Below, piece after piece: positions 1 through 8,640 of a stretch of DNA of 25,772 nt. The stretch is taken from positions 1 through 25,772 of the IMG/VR virus record IMGVR_UViG_3300028128_000202; one strand, given 5' to 3'. The translations under genes were made by a program, and so were the position numbers. How positions within the stretch are numbered: the stretch's first letter is position 1; every line of letters begins with the position of its first letter. The notes under the pieces were generated by a model. That model was not told the origin of the DNA. It was given only the letters and a program-made list of their open reading frames with translations, and did not search any database. This DNA is from a virus. Taxonomy: Duplodnaviria; Caudoviricetes.

Positions 1-630
1 TCCGTTACACCTAGCGCGTCCGTTACGCCTTCTACTTCAGTTACTCCAAGTGCTTCGTTAACACCTAGCGCGTCCGTTACGCCTTCTGCTTCGTTAACAC
101 CTAGTGCTTCGTTAACACCTAGTGCTTCGTTAACACCTAGTGCTTCGTTAACACCTAGCGCGTCCGTTACGCCTTCTGCTTCAGTTACTCCAAGTGTATC
201 AGTAACACCTTCTGCTTCGGTTACACCATCAGTATCATTAACGCCTTCTGCTTCAGTTACTCCAAGTGTATCAGTAACACCTTCTGCTTCGGTTACCCCT
301 AGCGCGTCTGTTACGTCTGGTATATCAGTTACACCTTCTGCTTCAGTTACTCCAAGTGTATCAGTAACACCTTCTGCTTCAGTTACACCTTCTGCTTCAG
401 TTACACCTAGTGCTTCGGTTACCCCTAGCGCGTCTGTTACACCTTCTGCTTCAGTTACACCTAGTGCGTCTGTAACTCCATCAGTTACACCTAGTAAATC
501 TGTAACTCCATCAGTTACGCCTTCTGCTTCAGTTACTCCAAGTGTATCAGTAACACCTTCTGCTTCGGTTACTCCAAGCGCTTCGTTAACACCTAGCGCG
601 TCTGTTACACCTAGTGCTTCGATTACTCCG
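1..630 (+). repeat. Coding tandem repeat, 18-bp unit encoding S-[VL]-T-P-S-[AV], about 35 units
   Basis: Units such as tcagttacaccttctgct and tcgttaacacctagtgct. A 56-bp block recurs identically at 169-224, 241-296 and 517-572. Confidence 0.95.
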
Positions 631-1380
631 TCAATAGCACCAACCACTTCTCCTAGTAGCACGCCTAATCTCACTCCAACAGCTTCCCCCTCAATTGGAG
701 TTGAGCGTAATATAACCTTTAGATATAATGTATGTGAGGGAAGTCCTGATAGATTTATTGTTACTTATAAAAATAAAGTAATAATTGATACAGGATTTAT
801 TGGTTCAAATAAATATGCCTACGGTAATCCTAACCGACAGCAATTTATAACTGCACTAATAAAACGTAATATAGATTATAGTGGCTTAAGCTTATCACCT
901 GATGGGTATCCTACTATCGACACATCACTAACCGGAAGTGTCACAGTTAGATTAGCTTGTCCTAACAAGCGTGATGCATATGTAACAATCGAAAATCCTC
1001 TCGACGAACTACCGTGCTGGGAGTATACACTCGAATGTCCTGTTCGTGTAGTGTCCCTATCACCTAGTGTAACTGCTACAATATCAAATACCCCTGCTGT
1101 TACCAATACTCCTTTACCATCAGTTTCTCTTACTCCAAGCGCTACATCTGCCAATCCATCAGTAACACCAAGTGTATCTGTAACTCCTTCATCGTCTGGT
1201 ACACCGTCGATCAGTAATACACCTATACCATCTGTGTCAACTACTCCTAGCTCTACACCTGATAATCCGGTAGCGTCACCAACTCCTTCAGTTACCAATA
1301 GCTTATCAATTACACCGGCTATTTCAATTACTCCTATACCCTCTTTTTCACCTACCCCTAGTGTTACTCCTAGTGCCTAG
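1..1380 (+). CDS. Mucin-like Ser/Thr/Pro-rich repeat protein, 5'-partial (probable virion-surface/structural protein)
   Basis: Frame 1 is open from base 1 to TAG at 1378-1380; the ORF track shows only its tail (1051..1380). It reads (SVTPSA)n, then a ~115-aa globular segment (RNITFRYNVCEGSPDRFIVTYKNKVIIDTGFIG...VTIENPLDELPCWEYTLECP), then a second S/T/P tract. Confidence 0.85.
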   Translation, partial: SVTPSASVTPSTSVTPSASLTPSASVTPSASLTPSASLTPSASLTPSASLTPSASVTPSASVTPSVSVTPSASVTPSVSLTPSASVTPSVSVTPSASVTPSASVTSGISVTPSASVTPSVSVTPSASVTPSASVTPSASVTPSASVTPSASVTPSASVTPSVTPSKSVTPSVTPSASVTPSVSVTPSASVTPSASLTPSASVTPSASITPSIAPTTSPSSTPNLTPTASPSIGVERNITFRYNVCEGSPDRFIVTYKNKVIIDTGFIGSNKYAYGNPNRQQFITALIKRNIDYSGLSLSPDGYPTIDTSLTGSVTVRLACPNKRDAYVTIENPLDELPCWEYTLECPVRVVSLSPSVTATISNTPAVTNTPLPSVSLTPSATSANPSVTPSVSVTPSSSGTPSISNTPIPSVSTTPSSTPDNPVASPTPSVTNSLSITPAISITPIPSFSPTPSVTPSA

Positions 1381-1637
1381 ATATTACCCAGCTTATGCTC
1401 AACTTCAACGTCACGAAGCATTGAATGAAAACGCTCTTGGATATACTTCTCAAAAGCTAAAGGTTTAATCCACTTTGTATTTGTTTCTGGTACTTTAGCA
1501 TTCAAAAGCTTTTCATCAACAGCTTGAATTCCTTCAACTAAACACGCCCATCGTGAAAATTCTGCTTTAGTCATATACTCAGTAGTACCATTCTTAAGCT
1601 TCATTTCGATATTATCACTATTATTTGTATTATTCAT
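1377..1637 (-). CDS. Hypothetical protein (86 aa)
   Basis: ORF with a promoter-like AAGGAACT-N4-TATAAT ending 6 nt before the ATG; no recognisable family. Confidence 0.75.
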   Translation of the reverse strand: MNNTNNSDNIEMKLKNGTTEYMTKAEFSRWACLVEGIQAVDEKLLNAKVPETNTKWIKPLAFEKYIQERFHSMLRDVEVEHKLGNI

Positions 1638-1643
1638 ATACTT

Positions 1644-1661
1644 ATTATACGATAGTTCCTT
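1644..1661 (-). promoter_or_regulatory. AAGGAACT-N4-TATAAT promoter motif, copy 1
   Basis: Minus strand reads AAGGAACT-ATCG-TATAAT-AAGTAT-ATG; the same motif occurs at 12641-12658 and 24834-24851. Confidence 0.7.
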
Positions 1662-2029
1662 TACCCTGTTATTTCTTCAGGATCTGTCTGTAACACTGCA
1701 CGTATTTGCGCATCTAGTTTAATACTATTGTTACATTTAGGACATCTATGTATATTATCGGAGTTCATAAAGACCTCCTCTGTAAATACATGGTTTGTGC
1801 AAGGACACTCTACAGAAACTCTACTTAGTTCCAAAAGACTATCAAGATTTACTTCAAATTCACTATATAACGCGTCTTTATCAAGTTGTAGCCGTGAATT
1901 AGTAATCCAAAACACTATAAATTGAATACCTGTAACTAAAGAAAATGTATTCCAAAAGCCGATGAATTCCTTAAGTCCGAACGCGAATAACGCTGATACA
2001 ACAGCGGTAATTAATATCGATTTTACCAT
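1661..2029 (-). CDS. Hypothetical membrane protein with C-terminal Cys cluster (possible Zn ribbon)
   Basis: Two N-terminal hydrophobic segments followed by CPC...CPKC. Confidence 0.7.
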   Translation of the reverse strand: MVKSILITAVVSALFAFGLKEFIGFWNTFSLVTGIQFIVFWITNSRLQLDKDALYSEFEVNLDSLLELSRVSVECPCTNHVFTEEVFMNSDNIHRCPKCNNSIKLDAQIRAVLQTDPEEITG

Positions 2030-2358
2030 TATATAGATATTTTAGCTATATCTTTGGGAAGTTCAAGTATTAAGTTGTTAATTTTGTCAATTTTACCTTG
2101 CAATTCTTCAATATTATCTTTATCTACACTTCCATTTTCCTTAACATTGTTAAGCATTCTATGTAGATCTGCTAAAGATACAAATGTATTACCTAATACC
2201 TCGGTAATACGATCAAGCTCAAAAGGAAGCTCAGGCGGCGCTTTTTGATTTTTTTCATCCTCTTTATATTTTGCCTGCTGATCATCTGTGTTAAGTATTT
2301 GCTGTATTGGTGTACTAACAGGTCTAACAGAATAAGGTGAAGAATATCCAGAATTCAT
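2029..2358 (-). CDS. Hypothetical protein (109 aa, C-terminal coiled coil)
   Basis: ORF preceded by TAAATA-ATTACAT-ATG; its stop overlaps the start of the next gene. Confidence 0.7.
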   Translation of the reverse strand: MNSGYSSPYSVRPVSTPIQQILNTDDQQAKYKEDEKNQKAPPELPFELDRITEVLGNTFVSLADLHRMLNNVKENGSVDKDNIEELQGKIDKINNLILELPKDIAKISI

Positions 2359-2394
2359 ATGTAATTATTTAGTCGAGAGCATAAATAATTACAT
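2359..2394. promoter_or_regulatory. Back-to-back T4-late-like promoters forming a 13-bp perfect inverted repeat
   Basis: atgtaattattta (2359-2371), 10-nt spacer, taaataattacat (2382-2394). Each arm contains TAAATA 5-7 nt before a divergent ATG. Confidence 0.7.
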
Positions 2395-2836
2395 GACAAA
2401 TTTCGAAAAGAGGTTCTTTAAAGTGCTCAAAGAAAATGACGATGAAAAAGAAGCATTTGAACTAGAACTTGATGATGATACATCACCTGAAGAGTTTGAC
2501 GTTGATGTAGAGGTAGATACTGAAGCAACTCCAGACATGAACGATCCTGCCGCGGCAGCTGCACAAGCGACAGCTGAAGTGCATGCGCAGCAAGTTAATA
2601 CTCTTAAAGGTTGGATTGCATCTGGTGATGAATTTCTTAAAATGTTAAATGACGCAGAAGATCCTAACTCTGTACAAGCAGTTTTAGCTAATGCGCAAGC
2701 AGACACGATATTTGATCGAATGAAACAATCAGAACAGCGTAAGATTGCTCGTGTTGCTACTGAATTAGCCTCGCTTAATGAGTCATTTAGAGGTTATCTT
2801 GCTCAAACAGATAACGCGCAGTTTAGAGGAGTCTAA
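2393..2836 (+). CDS. Acidic hypothetical late protein (possible head/internal protein)
   Basis: ATAAATA 5 nt upstream; N-terminal FEKRFFKVLKE, then an acidic linker and a helical C-terminus. Confidence 0.75.
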   Translation: MTNFEKRFFKVLKENDDEKEAFELELDDDTSPEEFDVDVEVDTEATPDMNDPAAAAAQATAEVHAQQVNTLKGWIASGDEFLKMLNDAEDPNSVQAVLANAQADTIFDRMKQSEQRKIARVATELASLNESFRGYLAQTDNAQFRGV

Positions 2837-3867
2837 ACATTATTGAATCGTTTAATTTCAGTCATCTTTACAATACCTTCCAGTGAATGGAAGGTATTTT
2901 TTTGGATAAACTTCCAGCTAATCTCATCTTTATTAGCAGCTATAGCTAAATCATTAAAGTCTTTATACTTTTTACCAAGTGTTTCCGGCCATATAAACAC
3001 TGTCTCTCCCTGTTTCAGTAAAGCTTCTGACTTGATCATCGATGCTCTATCCCCCCACTGAGAGTCGAGTATCCACACCTTATTATACCATTTTAACGTG
3101 TTAGTTAGCTGCTCTTCTTGACGTTGAGTAAACGATCTACCCCTCTCGGTAATGCCAGCAACAGCTACTGAGTTGCGAACAAAAAACGCATCAATGGGCC
3201 CTTCAAATATATACACATTATCGTGATCACTAGATACTTTATCGATATTAAATAAGGTTTTTTCGGCTCCCACCTTACCAAGATACTTAGGTTTAGTTTT
3301 TAAGTCCGATGTCTTTACAGTACGGGTTTGATAAAACTCGATTTCCCCATGCTCATTTATAAAAGGTATTGTTATTCTATTCTTATGAACTTTATCTGTT
3401 AATGAAACGTAAAGATTATCAGGTTTATTAACAGCAGTGTCTAGTCTTCGCGACTTAATAATATGGTTACACGCTCTAACAATAATATTGTCCTTATAAA
3501 AGGATTGCTGCATCTTATCTGAAAGATTAATGCTATCAACTGGTAGTGTTGAGACTTGTATAGTTGGCTTAACCTCTTCGTCTTTACCGATATCTATTGC
3601 AACGTCATAATCTTTTACTTCCTCGATAATATCTTGGTTAGTACAGCCACTTACCTCTTTAATCCACTTAATTGGTTTACTCGACCAACCACAATTATGG
3701 CAGTAGATGTTATCATTTTCTGGAATATAATAGCATCTACGCTTCTTTAAAGACTCTCTACATACCGGACAAGAGCATTGATATACATTATTAAAACGAT
3801 TGTATATCGGACTACGACCATACTCGTAGAACTTAGCAATAATGTACTCTCTAGGTAATGAGATCAC
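2833..3867 (-). CDS. gp61: DNA primase (T4 gp61-like)
   Basis: N-terminal Zn finger CPVC...YCHNCG, RITIPF...FYQTR, PKYL and TOPRIM motif YIFEGPIDAFF; C-terminal KDFND; GTG start. Confidence 0.93.
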   Translation of the reverse strand: MISLPREYIIAKFYEYGRSPIYNRFNNVYQCSCPVCRESLKKRRCYYIPENDNIYCHNCGWSSKPIKWIKEVSGCTNQDIIEEVKDYDVAIDIGKDEEVKPTIQVSTLPVDSINLSDKMQQSFYKDNIIVRACNHIIKSRRLDTAVNKPDNLYVSLTDKVHKNRITIPFINEHGEIEFYQTRTVKTSDLKTKPKYLGKVGAEKTLFNIDKVSSDHDNVYIFEGPIDAFFVRNSVAVAGITERGRSFTQRQEEQLTNTLKWYNKVWILDSQWGDRASMIKSEALLKQGETVFIWPETLGKKYKDFNDLAIAANKDEISWKFIQKNTFHSLEGIVKMTEIKRFNNV

Positions 3868-3873
3868 AAAGGT

Positions 3874-3902
3874 ATTATATACTACTTAAACATAGATAGC
3901 AA
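3874..3902 (-). promoter_or_regulatory. Sigma70-like promoter for primase (probably leaderless)
   Basis: TTGCTA-N17-TATAAT-N6-GTG on the minus strand. Confidence 0.6.
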
Positions 3903-4751
3903 CTTGCTCGATAACACAAACAAAGTATGCCACTGGTCTTTCTTTTTAAGAATATTACTAAGCTCATACTCTTCACAGTAAGTAATGAATTCAGACCATC
4001 TTGGAGTAATAGTATTATCAAGCTGCTGCTGGTAATACTCTCTCTCGTTATTATGATGCATTACTTCTTGCAGATTGAACACTGTCATATTTTTTGTAAA
4101 GATCTCTTCCTGCTCATCCGTTAGAGTAAGCTCTCCATCAAGCCATTTACGAACTTTAGCTTTACCAAATCGAGGAATACCAGGAACGTTATCAGACTTA
4201 TCGCCTAATAGACATTTAGCGTTAAGCCATTCAGTTTTTGTATAACCAGTATCCTCTGTAAAAGTCTCAAGAACAAACTCACGCTTACGAATAGCATCAT
4301 ACAGAGTAGTATTATTATCAATCAATTGAAGAAAGTCTCTATCAACAGATACAATTACCTTTTCTCCCTCAAAGGTCTTACAGATATAAGCCACTATATC
4401 ATCAGCTTCACGCTCTCGTGGAAAAATAGAAGGTATCCCTAAACACGAAAGCAGCTCTTTAATACGATCGTTCTGATGGTGAGGCGTACTATCACGCGAA
4501 CGGTTACCTTTATAACCATCTAGTTGCGCTTTACGTACATTTGGTTGATAGTCTTCTTTCTCATCCCAAACTACAATAGTTCTAGTCGGCTTAAACTTAT
4601 TTGCATACGAGTAGATAGCATTAAGAGTAAAGTAAATATGTAACCGGGCAATTTTTTCTACATCTTCAATATTTTGACGCTTACTTTGATTTTTAGCAGT
4701 CCACCATGTTCTATGGATAAGATTGTTACCGTCAATTATTAATGTTTTCAT
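3882..4751 (-). CDS. rnh: 5'-3' exonuclease / flap nuclease (T4 RNase H-like)
   Basis: LIIDGNNL, YKGNR, EADD, SVDRDFLQL and H3TH motif GDKSDNVPGIPRFGK. Confidence 0.92.
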   Translation of the reverse strand: MKTLIIDGNNLIHRTWWTAKNQSKRQNIEDVEKIARLHIYFTLNAIYSYANKFKPTRTIVVWDEKEDYQPNVRKAQLDGYKGNRSRDSTPHHQNDRIKELLSCLGIPSIFPREREADDIVAYICKTFEGEKVIVSVDRDFLQLIDNNTTLYDAIRKREFVLETFTEDTGYTKTEWLNAKCLLGDKSDNVPGIPRFGKAKVRKWLDGELTLTDEQEEIFTKNMTVFNLQEVMHHNNEREYYQQQLDNTITPRWSEFITYCEEYELSNILKKKDQWHTLFVLSSKLLSMFK

Positions 4752-4995
4752 TTTTATTATATTGTGCTGCGCAAACCTCGAAGATATCTCGCGAGAGGTC
4801 CTCTACATACTCAATTATATCAGAGTTCCTTCCGAATGACCATTTATCTGTAGGTACTAGAACATTTTTCATTTCAGGTACAGAAAGGCATCCAACACCT
4901 TTATTTGTTACCTCACAAACAACAAACATTTGACCTACATAATCACCAGTTTGTACTGCATATGTTTGTCTCTTTTTAACTTGGCCCATTTCCAT
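4732..4995 (-). CDS. Hypothetical protein (small beta-rich)
   Basis: ORF packed into the minus-strand operon with overlaps on both sides. Confidence 0.7.
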   Translation of the reverse strand: MEMGQVKKRQTYAVQTGDYVGQMFVVCEVTNKGVGCLSVPEMKNVLVPTDKWSFGRNSDIIEYVEDLSRDIFEVCAAQYNKNENINN

Positions 4996-5278
4996 ATGTA
5001 TTACCTAAACTACCTGCCATAAAAAGTCTAATTACTAATGTATCTAATGCATCCAGCTGTTGATCTGATTTGGCTCCTTTAACTAATACCGTCTTACCGT
5101 TAATATCGTAACCAAAGATATAGAATGAGTCTAAATATTCTGATACTATACTTTTTAATTTATCCCGTAACTCTGTTTGGTCCTTATATACTTTAAGTTG
5201 GTCGGATTGTAAGTTCAGAGCATCATTTAAAAGTTCTTCTAGACTCTTATCCGAATGCTCGTCACTTTCATCACTCAT
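4976..5278 (-). CDS. Hypothetical protein (100 aa)
   Basis: ORF overlapping neighbours in the operon; no family recognised. Confidence 0.72.
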   Translation of the reverse strand: MSDESDEHSDKSLEELLNDALNLQSDQLKVYKDQTELRDKLKSIVSEYLDSFYIFGYDINGKTVLVKGAKSDQQLDALDTLVIRLFMAGSLGNTYGNGPS

Positions 5279-5624
5279 GCTTTTTATATTTAGTCACAAA
5301 CTCGTTATCATCCACATGTAATATATTACGATCATTTAACCGCTCTATTACTACGTCAATAGAACTAGTTTTTAAAACATAGCCCCTTGCAAAACGCTGA
5401 TTACCGTCTTCAAAACTAAATAAATACTCACCTCTAAATGGCCTATCTTCAAAACATGTAATGTATAAAGATGCTCCATTTGGGTCTACTAATATAGTCC
5501 ATTTACGAGGATCTTTATCACTATATTTATCAAATATACGTAGTACAACATAACCAGCATCTTTGAGACGCTTAATAAAATAGCCAGCTGTCTTGAGTTT
5601 ATTCTTTTGTTTTTTTGGTATCAT
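5271..5624 (-). CDS. Hypothetical protein (117 aa, basic)
   Basis: ATGA overlap with the upstream clamp gene; no family recognised. Confidence 0.75.
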   Translation of the reverse strand: MIPKKQKNKLKTAGYFIKRLKDAGYVVLRIFDKYSDKDPRKWTILVDPNGASLYITCFEDRPFRGEYLFSFEDGNQRFARGYVLKTSSIDVVIERLNDRNILHVDDNEFVTKYKKHE

Positions 5625-6370
5625 TGAGTAAGAGATGAGACAATATATTTAAGCTTAATATCTTCTGCAACTTGATCAAATACAACTACACCATACTCTT
5701 TATTAATACTTACTGTAAATTCACCACTAATATTATTAAGTAGTCGAACATTATCAAAGTTAATAGGTATAGGTGCTAACTCTTGATCAACATGACCAAT
5801 ACACATAGTAAAGTTATCTGTATTATGCCTTGATCTATCTGTAAGTTCAGCCATTAGTCTATAACCAGTACCATCACGTTTTTCTTCAGTATAAAAATAG
5901 ACTTTATTAGTTTCAGAAGCAAACACTGAACCTTTAAAGATCTGATTAAGAATATTCTTATCTACCTTAAAGCTCATATCGTATTGAAAAGCGTCAATCT
6001 TCTCAATATTAAGCCCAGGTTTAGTTAGGAATCCGTCGTCAAATAGATGGTACTTAAACTTAACACCATTTCCTTTATACGCGATGTTGTTCGAGTTAAT
6101 TATAAGGTTAATCTCTTCCTCACTAATAGTATCAAGAACCCGTGTTAATTTTTTAACATCAGGAATATTAAGGGCTGAATAAAAACTTGATGCTACCTTA
6201 TATTCTGCGCAAAGGATAAGAGTATTGTCGGTAGACGCGACAAGACTTGACATCTTATCACGGTCTACCGTTATAATAGCACTCTCACTTATCTTGGATA
6301 AAGAATCCAAATAAGCGACGAAGTCAATCGGCGACTTTAGCTTTAGCTGATTTACGTTTTGGTCTGACAT
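5621..6370 (-). CDS. gp45: DNA polymerase sliding clamp (T4 gp45-like)
   Basis: 249 aa with a gp45/PCNA-like pattern (LDSLSKISESAII, LNIPDVKKLTRVL, KFKYHL, C-terminal LKYIVS) inside the replication operon. Confidence 0.75.
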   Translation of the reverse strand: MSDQNVNQLKLKSPIDFVAYLDSLSKISESAIITVDRDKMSSLVASTDNTLILCAEYKVASSFYSALNIPDVKKLTRVLDTISEEEINLIINSNNIAYKGNGVKFKYHLFDDGFLTKPGLNIEKIDAFQYDMSFKVDKNILNQIFKGSVFASETNKVYFYTEEKRDGTGYRLMAELTDRSRHNTDNFTMCIGHVDQELAPIPINFDNVRLLNNISGEFTVSINKEYGVVVFDQVAEDIKLKYIVSSLTQ

Positions 6371-6827
6371 TACTACTCTCTAATTGTAGTTTAATATCTT
6401 TCAATAGCAAGTTGGTTTCTCTCTGTAGATCTACTAACTTATCAATTGCAGATGGCTCACTGAAGTCAAACTCCATAGTCTCTTCAACAACTGGCGCTGA
6501 ACGCACACCAACTGCTGGATCCACTGGAGCAGCTACTTGCTGTAGTTCTACCATTGCTTGTTCTGGTGTAACAGGGGCTGGTGCAACTGGGGCTGGAGCC
6601 ATGGGTTGATCAGGTGCAGCTTGAGGTACCGGTTGTGGTGGAGGTTGATTAGCTGGTGCTACAGGCGTACGAACTAAATTCTCTACCATATTTTTTATTT
6701 CACTAGATTTTGGAGCTAGGTTTCCAGATGACCCAACAAGCATTTCATCTTGCTTTTTAACCTGCCCATAGGTTTGGCCCATCAACTGCATAACAGCAGC
6801 TTTAGCCTCTGGTGTCATTTGTTCCAT
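6324..6827 (-). CDS. Hypothetical Pro/Ala/Gln-rich protein
   Basis: Starts 2 nt after the gp32 stop; central low-complexity PAPVAP tract and C-terminal coiled coil. Confidence 0.72.
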   Translation of the reverse strand: MEQMTPEAKAAVMQLMGQTYGQVKKQDEMLVGSSGNLAPKSSEIKNMVENLVRTPVAPANQPPPQPVPQAAPDQPMAPAPVAPAPVTPEQAMVELQQVAAPVDPAVGVRSAPVVEETMEFDFSEPSAIDKLVDLQRETNLLLKDIKLQLESSNVRPKRKSAKAKVAD

Positions 6828-6829
6828 AA

Positions 6830-7681
6830 TTAAAGATCTGCAAGTAGTTCATCAATATCATCCTCAACTGAGCTCTCAACAGGAGATGCTTCAACGGCCG
6901 GTGCAGCGACTGGCTCTGCAGGAGCTGACCATGGCGGCGTATCTCCCGGAGTAGCAGGCGTAGTTACTGGCTCATCTGCTTTACAATGAAAATGCTCATT
7001 AAGCATCACAGTTAATTCATCAGTCGACTTAATTGGAAACGTTTCTTTAAGAGTATGTGTTTGACCATATATTTCATTCTGCTGTTCTTCAGTAAGGTTT
7101 AATTTACCTGCTGAAGTAAAGCGAGATGAAACATAAGTAGGATAATCCCCTTGCTGTTCACACTTAACTTTAAAGCTTACACCTTCATCACTAAGATCAA
7201 AGATACGAGCTCCAAACTCTGCCGCATCTTCACCTTCAATAGCCTCAGTAATGATCTTTTGAATCTGCTTACCGTATCTAAGCATTTTTACCTTTCCATT
7301 ATTTTCAGGATTAGTTGGATCATCAACCACATATACATTAACAAGCCACTTTTCAGTACGACGAAGTGCAGAAGCTTTTTCTTTTTCCTCATCTGTACCT
7401 GTACGTGATAAGCGAAAACGCTCTTCGTTAATAGGACAGCGCTCACCGAATGTTTGCGGGCTTAGAGCCTGAACATACTGACCAGTAGCGAAGGAATTCC
7501 ACCCCATATTGTAATAATGAAAAAACGTATCTACAGGAGACTTACCATCAGGTAGAAGTCTCACAGTATACGTGTTACCGGGCTTGGTTTGCATAATCTC
7601 AGAGAACTTTGACTTACCTTCACTACTTGAAGCCAAAGCACCTTTGATACTTTCGAACATAGACATATTAAACGCACTCAT
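6830..7681 (-). CDS. gp32: Single-stranded DNA-binding protein (T4 gp32-like)
   Basis: VRLLP, NVYVVDDPTNPENNGKVKMLRYGKQI, FKVK...YPTYVSSRF and acidic tail DDIDELLADL. Confidence 0.93.
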   Translation of the reverse strand: MSAFNMSMFESIKGALASSSEGKSKFSEIMQTKPGNTYTVRLLPDGKSPVDTFFHYYNMGWNSFATGQYVQALSPQTFGERCPINEERFRLSRTGTDEEKEKASALRRTEKWLVNVYVVDDPTNPENNGKVKMLRYGKQIQKIITEAIEGEDAAEFGARIFDLSDEGVSFKVKCEQQGDYPTYVSSRFTSAGKLNLTEEQQNEIYGQTHTLKETFPIKSTDELTVMLNEHFHCKADEPVTTPATPGDTPPWSAPAEPVAAPAVEASPVESSVEDDIDELLADL

Positions 7682-7700
7682 ATATTTTTATTTTATTTTA

Positions 7701-8348
7701 TTACTTTTTGTTTTCAACTATTAGTTTTACTTTTTGTTTTGTTTCTCTGGCTTTTGCTTTTAATATTGCTGAGCCGTAGAATTTTGTTCGCGTACTGGCG
7801 AAAATTGTTTGGAAATCTTTAACGATGAAATCGAGTACATCTTTTTCAATAGTTTTAATAGTGGATTCGACTTCAAGAGCGTGTAATGTATAAAAGTTTA
7901 ACCTATGTTCCTGTAAATGCAAGAGGCAAGTGGGCATATTATTAGTAAAGTGTTTAGTATACTCTTCTATTGTAAGAGAGTTCCTTATGCAATACTTTGC
8001 AATATATCTAAACCCATCTTTAACTGATTCTATAACATCGTTACTATCTGGATTAGACATTTCTCTTTCTTTCATATAAAGAGAATAACACTTTAACGCT
8101 TTACGCGAATTAAAGAACTTTAGATCAAAATATTCATCTTTTGAATATACTTCAAATGGCGCTATGAACCAATCTTGATAGTTAATATGATTATGTTTAG
8201 CGAAAAAAGCAGAAAGCTTCTTGATCGCCACAAAGTCTTCATCTTTTAACTTTGTAAAGTCTTTTCTAAAGCGGGTTGGTTTGTTTTGTGCAGAGCGAGT
8301 AGCATATAAATAACTATTGTATATGCTTTTTTCTCGTTCAGTTATCAT
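7701..8348 (-). CDS. gp59: Probable helicase loader (T4 gp59-like)
   Basis: 215-aa basic, aromatic-rich protein (IYNSYL...KKLSAFF) immediately upstream of gp32, the position and size of gene 59 in T4. Confidence 0.55.
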   Translation of the reverse strand: MITEREKSIYNSYLYATRSAQNKPTRFRKDFTKLKDEDFVAIKKLSAFFAKHNHINYQDWFIAPFEVYSKDEYFDLKFFNSRKALKCYSLYMKEREMSNPDSNDVIESVKDGFRYIAKYCIRNSLTIEEYTKHFTNNMPTCLLHLQEHRLNFYTLHALEVESTIKTIEKDVLDFIVKDFQTIFASTRTKFYGSAILKAKARETKQKVKLIVENKK

Positions 8349-8640
8349 TTTGAAATATACGCTTATTTTGGTTTAAGTATTTTGTAATATATTTTGACTC
8401 AGCTATTTGAGGCTCAAACTCTATAAACATTGTAACCATTTCAAAGTCATTATCAACTGTTAAAAGTGTTTTAAGTAGTTTTCTAATTTTTTCCTCTTTT
8501 AAAACTAATACAAAAATGTTTTGAAGTGATAATCTTTTACCTTTCAGTAGGCAGCAAAAAGTACAGAAGCAAAGTAATAAATGCTCAAGCTCTCTTTTTG
8601 TGATATCCCCTGAGGGTGACGGTACATTTGGCTGTCTCAT
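8338..8640 (-). CDS. Hypothetical protein (100 aa)
   Basis: ATGA-coupled to the DHH gene and overlapping the next gene. Confidence 0.72.
   Translation of the reverse strand: MRQPNVPSPSGDITKRELEHLLLCFCTFCCLLKGKRLSLQNIFVLVLKEEKIRKLLKTLLTVDNDFEMVTMFIEFEPQIAESKYITKYLNQNKRIFQNDN

Noticed and set aside
1-630. Possible CRISPR array or non-coding repeat
   Set aside because: Units are contiguous 18-mers without unique spacers and vary mainly at synonymous positions, so this is a coding repeat.
876-1298. 140-aa minus-strand ORF rich in GVTD/GV repeats
   Set aside because: It is the antisense shadow of the S/T/P-rich plus-strand gene.
2389-2706. 105-aa minus-strand Ser-rich ORF
   Set aside because: It is antisense to the acidic 2393..2836 gene, which has a promoter and ATG start.
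8338-8640. gp33 late-transcription coactivator, suggested by synteny with T4 genes 33-59-32
   Set aside because: Size and position fit but no gp33-like motif is recognisable; left as hypothetical.
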